NCBI GenBank assembly: GCA_002633005.1
Contig: NMRA01001008.1
Location: forward strand, 7,562 to 71,561
Direction: 5' to 3'
DNA length: 64,000 nucleotides
From: Phoronis australis
Lineage: Eukaryota; Animalia; Phoronida
The notes beneath the pieces were generated by a model. It saw only the letters and a program-made list of their open reading frames with translations, had not been told where the DNA came from and did not search any database. The translations under genes and the position numbers were made by a program. Below are positions 25,695-37,311 of the stretch, one piece after another. Each line of letters opens with the position of its first letter. Within the stretch, counting starts at the first letter, position 1.

Positions 25695-26868
25695 AACAAG
25701 AGCAACACGGAGCTTTGAAATGGTCCCACGAATGCACCGCAAACGGTTTGATTCTTGGGATGTTTATTTGTATCATAAAGATGGCCACTAGAAGGTCAAA
25801 ATACGAAAATGTAACCGTTTCAATAACAAAAAGCTATTTACCACATTTTATGATAATCTGTCAAGGAAATACAGAGAAACAGAGGAAAATAGAAAAAATC
25901 AAATTGCCACTAGAAGTCACAGCGTTCATTGGATGCGTCTGAAAGTTGTAGTCTTCCGTTGTCAACTTCACATACATGTAGATATAATTGCGTTACTTAA
26001 TAAAAATCCTGCAGAGGGCTCATACAACTGTGGGTGTAAAAAAACTGACACTAAGAGGCGCCACAGTAATCAAAGCTGTTCGAAAATCATCATCAATTGT
26101 CATCTTCACACTAAGAACATATAAGCCAATGTTCACAATCATCCTAAGATGGAGCAAAATATGTCGACTCCGTCCGTAAACGGAAAAATGTCATCGTTTC
26201 TTTAACAAAAAGATGTTCATCAAATTTCATGAAAATCCGTCAAGGAACTTCAGAGAAACAGAAGAAAACGGGAAAATGAGATTGCCACTAGGGATCCGTC
26301 ATTAAGCTGTCGTTTTCCGTTGACAACTTCATATAAATACACGCGCTAAATTTAATAAAGATCCTGCAGCTAAAAAACAAAACTGCCACTAGGAGGCGCC
26401 GCAGTAGTCAAAGTGGGAAAATCATCTGCAATCCTCCTCTTCATGGTAAGAACAAACGTGCCAATTTTCATAATTATACTCCGAGTGGTTTGGGTGATAG
26501 AGGGGCGGACGCCAAAAATACACTCGAGAATAGTAAATAATGATCAATAGATGGCGCAACATGCCTCAAACCCATCCGAAAACGGAAGGATAGCGTCATC
26601 TCATTAATAGATGCCTGTGGGCCAAATTTCATGAAAACTGGTTTGAAGATACAGAGACAAACGTGAAAAACTAAAATTGCCACTGAGAGGCACAGCAGTA
26701 GTCGGGTCGGTCCGAAACTCGTCGGCCTCTGTCGTCAACCCGGAACACACCTGCCAAATTTCAGTAAGATCCTGCAAGGGGTTTAAGACTGCCGCGGACG
26801 CCCGGCTGAAGCCCAGACAAAGATGACGGCAGTAGGCACCTACATATAAATATGTGGGCGCATAAAAA
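25695..26868 (-). mobile_element. Helentron/HINE-like non-autonomous element with internal ~130-bp tandem repeats
   Basis: On the minus strand it starts TTTTTAT plus a hairpin (GCGCCCACATA..TATGTAGGTGC) and ends CTCTTGTT. Repeated units carry aaatttcatgaaaa(tcc) and gccactag. Confidence 0.6.
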
Positions 26869-27299
26869 GGACACTAACACTCTTCTGGTGATTTCAATGC
26901 ATAGGCGTCTCACTTGAGTGACAAAACGGGATTCAGAGCAGTAACAACACACTGTTTCACAGAATGGATATCATGATTATTGGTGGGTGTGTAGTGAGGA
27001 AAAGAGTTGCCATTTGGTAATTGCGCTTTAAAAATCACAATGAAGTGGATAAAAAAGAAGAACGGTACATAAGCAAATTTAGCTGTATGAGGATCTTTGA
27101 TGGAGTGGGTGTTCGAAACTTAATATAAATGATCAGTGCCTAAGTTGAACGTGAATCGCATTATTTTTCGGTTTTCAAAACAGACAAATCCAGTAAACGG
27201 TGAGTGTAAGGACATTTTGCATGAACGGTAAGTGGCTGAAACGACTTCTTTATCGGATGGTTTCGATAACGACAATAACATGAAAATACATGTAAACCT

Positions 27300-29499
27300 G
27301 ATGGAATGCTTTCAGAAGAGTAAATTTCGCGGATGATCCGCTATCGAATAACGCAGCGCAACAGTCAACCAATACCAATCCATGTCGTCTTGGTTCTGCC
27401 AAAGACAGTATTGATGTTAAATCCAATAATGCAGCCTCTCAAATACTATCATTGCAGCATGCAAATATTGATTGATCGAACCCGTGGCATGAGGCAACTC
27501 CGGTACTTACATTTGGGTTTTGTTACACCAACGCCTGAGCGAGCTTGAACCAAACTGTGACTAACGCGTCCTAATGTATTCACAACTTAGTGCGCGTGGC
27601 TTAGCCACTCTGACGAAGAAAATATATTCTCTAGTTTCTCTCATAACCCATCGATTTTAACAAGTCGAAGATGGCTAGTCTTTACTTTTCAGGTTTGGAA
27701 ACGGTAACATTGATCGTATGTCTTACTTGTTGTTTCCTTTTGCACTTTGGAACTCGAACGCTAAACAGGAATGTTGGCTTACGAACGGAATTACATGTAT
27801 CGTGTTCAATACGCTTTTGGCCAAGACCATGAATAACAACTAGCTCACGTCAATTTGTGACGGCGCCCTCAAGCTTTTTATGAAATTCGCTGGATACTCT
27901 GAGGTGAACATTGCACGCCTTTTCGTCATCTTGCGTGGTAATTCTCGCTGCGTAGGAGTCATCTAACAACGTAAAAATTAAGAATGCTCGAAAAATAAGC
28001 ATCTTCTCAGAAACTTCGGCTATGAAACGAAATAAAAGTGAGATGGGGAACCACAGATTGGTTGAAATATCTTCGTGCTTTTGAAGCGATAAGCTGCGAT
28101 TCAGTGTGCAAAGGTAGAGGTGTTCCCAAAATTCATTTGATCCCTACGTGAGGTCGTTTGGTAGTCGCAGTATTTTACCTGCCACGGGCAATAGACAATT
28201 GTTGAATTTTTTAACTTAATCCAGAGTATGCAAGTTACTGGAATATTTTGCATCGCAATTATTCTGGTTTGCACGGCTGCTTTTTCCTGTTCTCACGACG
28301 TGAGTCTCGTTAGCTTTCACTGCACTGCACTTAATGCACAAACTGTTACGTTTTTAGGCAGCAACGTCAGCCTGTTCAGCACACCAGAACGGTTAGAAAG
28401 CTGACATTAAACGACATGCAGTATTTATTAAAAAAAGAAGAAAGTTTCATTATTTTTTAATTGGTACGTCCAAATTGTCTGGCACTTAACTGTCAACTGC
28501 TTGCATGAGTTGCTAATTTTAACTAAATACTTGATGAGGGCTCCCTCTCAAAGCCCGTTCTTCCACCGCTTTCCCAAGACCAGCAACCCTTTCTTGATGT
28601 TTAGTCAACATGGTAGCTATATCGAAAGATATCTTTGTCAAAATCAATCGAAACCAACATATCATATTCCCATAGCTGTTGCACAATATCTCATATGTAA
28701 CTAAGTAAATTGGTGATTTCTTCCTAGATTGCATTTTCCACGTTTAGAGATTCTTACCTGCATAGGTGCAGCTGTTGCCATTCCAATTAGCGCTACAGAC
28801 AGAAGGAAGGGACTCTTTATCTTCATTGTCTTGTCTGAGAAATAAAATGGAAATTTAAAATAAATGTGTCGTCAGAGAATTGCGATAATGGTCCGTCATC
28901 CAAGGTTTGGTCCAAAGCTATCACAATTACACCGAAGTATTGAATTAGCGCCTTTTATATATGGAACACACTAAGTGCCGCCTTTAAAGACTTGTGATGC
29001 ACGAGTTCGTTAGCTTGTGACGTTGATGCTGGTGACGTTTAGTCAATACACGTGCAAGAAGTAATCGGAATTGAGGTTTCAACAATCTGTTGAATCATGG
29101 AACCAATCACAACGGCACTCGATAACAACGTGATTTAATTTTTGCCCGTAATGTGACCTATAGTGTGCGTATTTAACAGGTTCCATTTTATTAACCAATT
29201 GATTGGGACGTCACCATGATCACAACAGTTGGTTATGAACCGTCGTGTAAAAAGTCAAATCAACCACCGTCATATCGAATATATATTACTAACGGCCCAA
29301 ATACGTCTTATTGATTAAAGGTCAACGGTCCTGAACTTACGCAAGCATTACTAGTTAGTTGTCGAAGACAAAAATGAGTTGTCATGTGGTATTCCATAAA
29401 TAATCATATTCGCCCAGTCGCTGCATTACGTTTTATTCCAGAGGCGTTGAAATCAGTCTATTGCAATGCGGCCATTTGATACTGTTTTCCGTACTCACC
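27300..29499 (-). pseudogene. Spliced secreted-protein gene remnant (possibly an astacin prepro region)
   Basis: UTR donor gtgagt at 29498. Exon 28834-28758 encodes signal peptide MKIKSPFLLSVALIGMATAAPMQ with ag/gtaaga sites. Phase-compatible exons at 27760-27727 and 27609-27511 (the latter has an in-frame TAA). The next exon has a broken acceptor and an FE/GCIIG sequence resembling the astacin FEGDI motif. Confidence 0.5.
28758..28826 (-). CDS. Signal-peptide exon (23 aa)
   Basis: Basic N-terminus, hydrophobic core, ATA-AP cleavage-like site and canonical splice sites. Confidence 0.6.
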
Positions 29500-31949
29500 T
29501 CCTGCACTACTTCAACTGCCTTCTGACATGGAAAGTTTAAAGGTAGGTCAATGTCGATTCGACATCGTTAGCCAGTTCGATCACCAAACTTTCCGAAAAT
29601 AGTTTAAACTAATACAATTGCAACAGTATAAATAACACTAAACATGCAATGAGGTCCCAAAAGTAACATCTGGTACAAAACAGTTGATTGTATGAACACT
29701 TCTGTCTCAGTTTCCAATTGCTAAATATTATTGGGGACAAATAAAACAACAAGAATAATGTACTACATTTTAAGTTGTACTATATCGTCTCCAACTAAGG
29801 CCCCGATTCCTATTTTCAGGAAATGATACAAGTTGCACTCAACAGTTTGTGCTGATTTGGGCTTGAAAAACAGGACCTGGCAGCTCCAGCAATCTATTCC
29901 ACATGGACGGTATATTATGCTCAAGAAATCGCTTTTGATCCATTAGTGTAGATTTAAAGGTGACTTGTATTTCCCGAAAGTGGTTTAGCCGTTGATACAG
30001 TGTTCAAGTAGAACATGTTTTAAATTCAATGTAAACCTTTCTCCAAGCATGTTTTTGTTTTACCAAAGCGTTTAAAATAATTTATACATGTACTTAAGTT
30101 ACCACCTTAAATATGGCCTAACATGCGACAAAGTAAGCTCAGTTCAAAGCAGTTCGGGGCTCCAAACCATTTAAGCACGTTTTGATCCCCTTTGTCCATT
30201 TTCACAGTGAAATTGATCCAAACACGATTCAAAACGGAAAGTAATTCCGCTCGCTTTATGGTGGAACGTGCATATAGAGTTGAAGAATCCTACTCGGCAG
30301 TGTGCCCAGTTTTAGTCCACTGCGCCGCAGATGAAACCCTTTAAATTGTGAGCACATCAAATTTTCGAAGGCATTTTTAAAAGCATTATAGCGCCTGAGT
30401 TTTTGTTCTGAACTTTACTTGGAAATACAACATGTTTCTAGTGTAATCCTTTTGTTTCAACAGTACTGATGATAGGTAACTAATTTTGGTTGAGAAAAGG
30501 CTTATGTTGTAAATGAATATCATTTAACATTGGTGGTTCATGTTGAGAAATACGCATTTAATGTAGGCTTACTGTGAAAACACATATTAGGCATAAGATG
30601 ATTCATTTGTAAATTTTATACATTAGTTCCGGTTTCAGATCAATAGAGCGCATGTTATCTTATTTGCGACTGTACTATAAAAAGAGTGTACGTTGTTTTT
30701 AATGATTGATATCTTAATTCAAATGCCTCGTTTACGTTTAAAGGCCACTTACTATTTATTTTAACTTGTCAATTACTGCTTTTTAGCCTTGCAGTTTATG
30801 ACATGTAGCTTATTGTCCCACGCAGCGCTCATAAGCCGAAATGACAAAGTTTAAACTATTGAAAGAAACACGTGTGTAGTGGTAAATCTTATTACGTTTG
30901 ATCAATCAGTTCTGTACAGTCAATGACTTCGCAAAGCTAACGCGCCATAATAAAGAAACCAAAAGAAGGGGTTACACCCAAAACATGAATAAAAGGAGGT
31001 GCAATTAATGAAATGTTGTTTCGTCATTTACTGTAGAAGCAACTTCGAATGTTCACAAAATCTATCGTGAACACGGTATTATACATGTAGTGCAGGCAAG
31101 CTTTTTGAGCTGTGCGTCGGAAGCGGGATATTTGTAACTGAAGTTTAAATTGCATCTACAGACATACATTTCGAAATAGAATGCGAAACTACATAAAGAC
31201 CAAGTCATATGGGTAACGATACCACTTAATGGCTTACCATACGCAATATCACATGAGAGAACTAGACAAGCGGCAAGTTTCTATTTTAGCTGATCCTGCA
31301 TTCTGTACTGCCTGATGATGTTACCAATTTGCTAATACCTCATTGGATGTCACGACTCCACAGTTTTGAGTTCAGCATGCGTAGCCTAGTTTTATGCTGT
31401 GGTCGTTTGAAATGAACATAATAATATTCATGTGGAAAACAAAAATTAGTGTATGATTGCCTCCACTTCGTGTACAGGCCAGTTGGCGTGTTTTTGATTT
31501 AACTCTTGGTTTCGTTAAAAAAATTCATCAATAATAGCACCAGAAACGAACAGTTGTACAAAATATTCAAATATCATGAGGAGAAATTATGATAAATTGC
31601 ATAATAAATGAATATCATTGGCTCAGAAAACCGGGGTTTGCATCCCAAGTCTGTGCCTCGGATATTTCGTGGAGTCTAAAGCAAACCACTGGCAGCTTAT
31701 AGTACGTATTCAGATGTACACGTATATGAACATACCTGTACACAAATCAATGCCGAGTTACCCGTTCTAGTGTTACTTAAAGCAAATGTACCCAGACGAC
31801 GTCGAAAACGTGGACACTCGAAGACTAAAGAAGCCAAGGATACCAAACGTCATTTGGAACCAATAAACGTCGTGTTCTTCTGCCTTCGTTGTAAAAAGAT
31901 GTAATACTACATATCATCGCTGAACTATTCCACATCCGGCTCAGCCATA

Positions 31950-34900
31950 TTGCTTCAAGTTAATGACATCATCACTTTCGCGGCCACGTGTTCCTGAGTG
32001 GTCACTGGCGACTGACATTTATTTGGCATGTCACGGTATGACATGTTATGTGGATAAAGCGTCCATCCTTGGTGGTGTTCGTGTAATCTTGCCACTGCGA
32101 GCACGACCCGGGGAGTTTTTGGGTGAGCTGGTGTTGTGCGTACAAGTGGTTCTTCGAAGGTTACACGCTTTAACTGAACTTCGATTTGGTTACCTTGCGA
32201 CTCTGGTGAGGAAGTCGCTACAGGAGTATCTCGTAATGTGTTGACGGTTTCTCTGAACCATGTGTCAATTGACATTTCTCAAGACGTATGAGCGAGGACA
32301 ATCTGCTTACGATACTACCATTGCTGAATCCCAGCTTCCAGATACGTGATCTTGTACTTTTGTTTTCAGAATACAGACAAGGCAGTTTCTCTTGGAGGAA
32401 ATGTCGATAAAAATATTTCTTTTGGTTTTGTTGTCAATGTTGTAGAGCAACATTTATTCGAACCTTGTGCTGGTGCCCGTCCGTGATCATGGTAGCAAAT
32501 GAGGACTGAATCCGTCTGATCATTAAAACTTTAGTGTGGGACTTGGTGGAACGGTCGTGATAGGAGAACAGCGCCAGTGTAGCAAAGCACTATCTGGAGT
32601 CATCCCAGGTTGTTTCACGTTTTTGGGAATGGTCCTGACGGTCTTCACTTGACGCTTTATGAATCCATTTTGTTGTGGTCTCGGTAATGACATGATCTCG
32701 TGATGGTAACTCCATTCCATAGCAAATTCACGGTAGAGGACATTTGAGAAGTGTGGTCCGTTGTGACTCACTAACTTTGACAGTATGCCAAATTCAGCAA
32801 AGACTTGGCGTGTGATGTTCATTATAACGCAGCTTGGTGGGGGATTTGGTAAGTATTTGACGACAAGATATTTGGAGTAGTAGTTGGATATGATCAGCCA
32901 TTGAGTCTCATAGGTGAAACAGGTCTACGTCAAGTACATCCCATATGTTGCTGAGAAGTGATTCTGGCGTCGGAGATGACCGGTGCTGTTGGCAGATACT
33001 ACACAAGTTGGTGAACTGTTCGATGTCTCCATTTATTTTTACCAAGTATACAGTGTCCTTAGCTAGAGGTTTTCTCCTGTACTATGTGAGTAGTGTGGAA
33101 CCGCCATAGTGTGTCTTCTTGTAGCGTTTGAGGAATAACCATTTGTTGTCCTTTAAGGATAAGACCTTTGCCTACCGAGAGTTGATCTAACAGACCCTAA
33201 AATGCTCTGGCATCTGTTGGAAAGTTCTTCGGCTGTCTTTAGCCATCCCAGTATAATAGTACCTCTCAGCTGGTTGAGCAGCTAGGAAACAGTTTGGCCT
33301 AGTGTGATAGGTGCCTACTCTATTTACTCGAGGTCGCGAGTACGAGTCCAACTGGGACATACTACTAGTCCCTTGTGACAGGTTTGTAGCATGTCAACTC
33401 GATTTTAACTATATCTTAATAAACCGCAAATATAGTTTCAGTGCAATGGACCCATAGGCGCGCCTTGCGCGCTTCCTGCAATTATTTTTTCCATTTGGTT
33501 GAGCAGTGTGCCAGCAGCTGTGAAGTTCCCCAGTTTCTGCACGCTGTAGCTGAAAAAGAACATGTCGACTCGGACATCAAGATCGATAAAAAAGATCGAT
33601 AGGCTCCAAGTTGCACGGGTGATGGTAGACGCAAGAGTCCATCAGCAAAGACGTCGTTAAACCCCTTGTTAGAGGTGAGTGTGGTACCTCTGGAGCTACA
33701 AGTATCCGCTGTAGGTGTGATGGAGTCGCGATGAGTGGTTTGCTGACGATCATCACCATATGTTTGTGGTCGGTGATGACTTGACCACATAGGTAAGTGT
33801 GGAATCTCTGTGTTCCGGAGACGATGGCCAATAGCTTAAACTTAATACACGCGGATCTTCGTTCAGTTAGTGGTAGGCCTTTTTTGGCTTACATAACAGG
33901 TACCAATTTGCCGGTTGGATCTAACTGGAGTAGAGCTGCTCGTATTCCTTGGAGAATGGCACCACAGTGCATGTAGATTGGGAGTTTCGGGTGGAAGTAT
34001 TGGAGCAGGGACGTCTCAGACAGTTCACACATCAGGTCTCTAAATACACGTTGATGGTGCGGTCCCTAAAGAAACTCCAAGTCCATGTGCAACAGTTAGA
34101 ATAAGACCTCAGTTTTCAAGCTCAAGTCCTTGACGAAACGAGATAGGAAGTCACCACACTCAGGAATTGTTGTATTTCTGTTATCGCGTAGCTATTGCAT
34201 TTCTTGCAGGTCTGGTACTTTTGCTAGATCGGGGTCGGTATCTAATCTTTGTGCGCGAAACAAAGTCGAAATTATTTTTGGCAATTTCTCTGTTCCTTTT
34301 GTGCTAACTCCACAAAAGTGGTCATCAGACAGCGCTCGAGTAATTATAGTTTATGCATACGAGTTTCTAGTCCAAGTTTGCACTTAAAAACCCTGATGTT
34401 CGTGCTACAAACTCGAGTAAAAACTCGAACTTTTAGATTTAATGATGGATTTGTCAACTTCAAACTAGGACTAATAAATCATCCACGTAAGTCCTTATGT
34501 ACTCGAGCATATAGAGTAATCGACACTTATCTTGAGTTCGCTCAAAAGTAGAGTAAAAAATGCCAAACATAATTTCGAATTCCATTCGGGACTGGGCCCG
34601 GGTGTGATTCTAGCATAATTATAAGTGCACAAGTTCCCGAAAAAGGACACTTTTAGTTCTATTTACTTCTTGCTGGAGTTGAAGACGAGACCCTCTTGGG
34701 TGGCGACCTCTATGAAGCGTCGTAGGAATTTGCCTGATAATCTGTATATGACGATGTCGTCAGATTTATAACACGCTCCTGGTCACTTGTCAAGTATTTG
34801 GTTCATCTCTACTTGAATGTGGTTTAGTTTGGCTGATGTTCAATCTAAATGGGAGTCGCTGGAAGCATCTTCCGAATTGTGTTGGCAAGGTTGTTTATGT

Positions 34901-35200
34901 TTCGCTATCGGGGTCCAGTTTGATGGACCAATACCCAGACTGCGGGTGTAAATTTGAGAATGATTGTGAACCGATATCCGATGGTATGTTCATACCAGGT
35001 TAATTCTCGCGGATCTTATTGTGTTGTCGCGTTTGGTCACGCATGTGCCGGAGAGAACTCACCCAGTCGGTTCTTCAATACGTCGTATGACTTTTTGGGA
35101 CTCTATCTTATCGAGCTCAGACTTAATCTTGTCACGTATGACTATTGGTATTTTTCTTGGTGGTTCTACTTCACATTCATGACAGTGTTTTGCCGTTCAG
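31950..35200 (-). mobile_element. Decayed Gypsy/Ty3 LTR retrotransposon pol remnant
   Basis: RT DDIVIY at about 34750. RNase H LAIV...RFHTYL...ITDHK at about 33700-33840. Integrase FAEFG..LVSHNGPHF...PQQNGFIKRQVKTV at 32523-32822. Order is RT-RH-INT, with many stops. LTRs not resolved. Confidence 0.85.
34232..34598. mobile_element. Harbinger-like MITE inserted in the Gypsy remnant (inverted, diverged copy of 50797-51197)
   Basis: Internal sequence is the reverse complement of 50797-51197 (for example attatttttggcaatttctctg and ctcgagtaaaaactcga). TIRs are degenerate. Confidence 0.75.
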
Positions 35201-36839
35201 TGAATTTACCAGACGAAGGGGGCTCTGAGTGTGTGCTAATATCTAGCTTATTTGTTAACAGCCAAGCACACTCTTTTGTCTGTTATGAAAACCGGCAGGC
35301 CAATTATCTAACAGGCTTATTACAGACCACGTGTGAACACCGTCAAACCCATGTTACATTCAGAAAGAATATATTATTGTAACTTCGCTGATAGTTAGGG
35401 GATTTTGGCGATTCAAAAACTAAACATGATCACCAGTAGACGACGATGTCACAAATGCTATTGGTTTCTGTTCAAATATGTTATAACTTTTGTTTTTAAC
35501 AGCACAGCCCAGTCAGGCTAGATACGATCTTCTTGAAGGTTAGAGCAATTGTCGAACAAAAGAGAGCGGGCCCTCCAACCATGAATGCCAGAATGTAGTT
35601 ATAAATCGGTCGTGTAAGATAGTGGCTACAGGGGTAAACTTCCCAACTTGTTGTTGGGCTATAGAATCGAACAAATTGGTAGCAACGGGAAGACGCCGTA
35701 ATATTGTGTTGACGGCAAGTTTTTGAGTCTTCTGAAATTCAACGCTAACCAAATTAACTCTCGCTCTTCCGAAACTGCAGTTTCGTAGAGCAGTGCATTG
35801 ATGATTTTTGCGCTTGGCAGTAGCTTCATCGGTGGGAGTAACCGATCTTTTCAACAATGCTGGCTTTCGTCATTTTCGTGGCTAACTTACAGTCCGCCAT
35901 TGGATGCTGTATTTTGGGGTTATTGTACTTTGTATGTGACGGGGAACTATTACTACAACAGTTTGAAAATCCGGGGTGTGGGATTGAATTTCGGTCAGTT
36001 ACCTTGCAAAGAAAAACTTTGACGTGAACAAAAAAATACTGACTTCAATGGTTGACAAGAGTTGTTGCTTGCGCAAAGGAAGGCATTGTATTTCGTGCAA
36101 CCGAGAATGAGAGCTGAGATATTCATTGCAAAATGCAGGGAACTCGTTAAGTTGCTGACCCTTGTCCGAGAGCATATGGAAATCCCGAGAATGAAAAATG
36201 ACAATTCAAAACGAACTCATAGCCATACTCGAAACTACAGTATGATGCATATCAAGTGTAACGTTGGTGGGCACAGTAGCCGAGCGCCCAGAAACAACCC
36301 AGGCCTTTCCAAGTCCAATAGGCCGGGATATGGGAGCCTCGCTGGCCCGACACTCACTTCAAACAGTGGACACGCCAAAGCGCCGTTACCCCGATTGGAC
36401 ATAAGTCTTTCGAAAATTAAATTCAAACCACTTAGCACATTGCCCTCCCCACTTTGTCATTCAAAATCATCCATCCCACGTTATTGAAGAGTAAGGTACT
36501 TCATAGAATTAGCTGTAATAACTATCCTGAATTCTACATTAGTCTCACACAGAGATCAGGCGATAGATTAGTAGAACACAATAGCACTGAAAGTAGCAGT
36601 GTTTCGGGCATTGTCAGTCTCACCATCATGTTGCAAGTGCACCAGACCTCATGGCCAGGGAACATGGAAGTATAAGCTCTACCAGTCGTTGGCCATTCAT
36701 GGTAAGAAAACTGCAAATTCACTCAATCAGCAGAAGAGCTCTGTTGCCTTGAATCTATGGTAGAGCAAATCCATCTGATGCAAGCCCTCAATTTCTCATC
36801 ATTTACAAGCTTAACACGCATGGTCTAGCATTGTGGACA

Positions 36840-37040
36840 TCAACTCAGAATATCCTTGTTAATTGTTCCCCCCTGCAGCAGAAAGTCATAAAGTTTCCTA
36901 GTCTTATTGACATCTATCTTCAGCAGTGCGCGAGCCTGAGCAAGCTTCAGCAAACCATTCTTCTTGCATTCGTCCTCAAGTACAGATTTGCACTTCAGGA
37001 ATGACATCGGAATCAGACGAACACTTGAGCATACATGTAG
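36840..37040 (-). CDS. TADA2A: TADA2A terminal exon (SWIRM domain)
   Basis: LHVCSSVRLIPMSFLKCKSVLEDECKKNGLLKLAQARALLKIDVNKTRKLYDFLLQGGTINKDILS*, with acceptor tttag. Confidence 0.9.
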   Translation of the reverse strand, partial: LHVCSSVRLIPMSFLKCKSVLEDECKKNGLLKLAQARALLKIDVNKTRKLYDFLLQGGTINKDILS

Positions 37041-37311
37041 CTAAAGACAAGCAACAAATAAACACTAGAATGAATTAAGTAATTACATCACATTATAATT
37101 TATTTTTTAACCACTACAAACCATACTTCAAAAAACAACTTTCTTCAGTCGTTGAAATGTAAACAGTTGCAACAAAAGCTTTGTCACACTGTCTGGACTG
37201 CTGTAAAAGTGACCTTTTCATATGAAATTTCGTTAACACATGGATTACGCACTTATAAGCTTCTCTTGACTGCCCCCCTCTCCCCCCAAAAAAACCCCAA
37301 CCCACTCATAC

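Noticed and set aside
31620-31660. tRNA/SINE B-box-like GGTTTGCATCCC
   Set aside because: No A-box or cloverleaf discernible.
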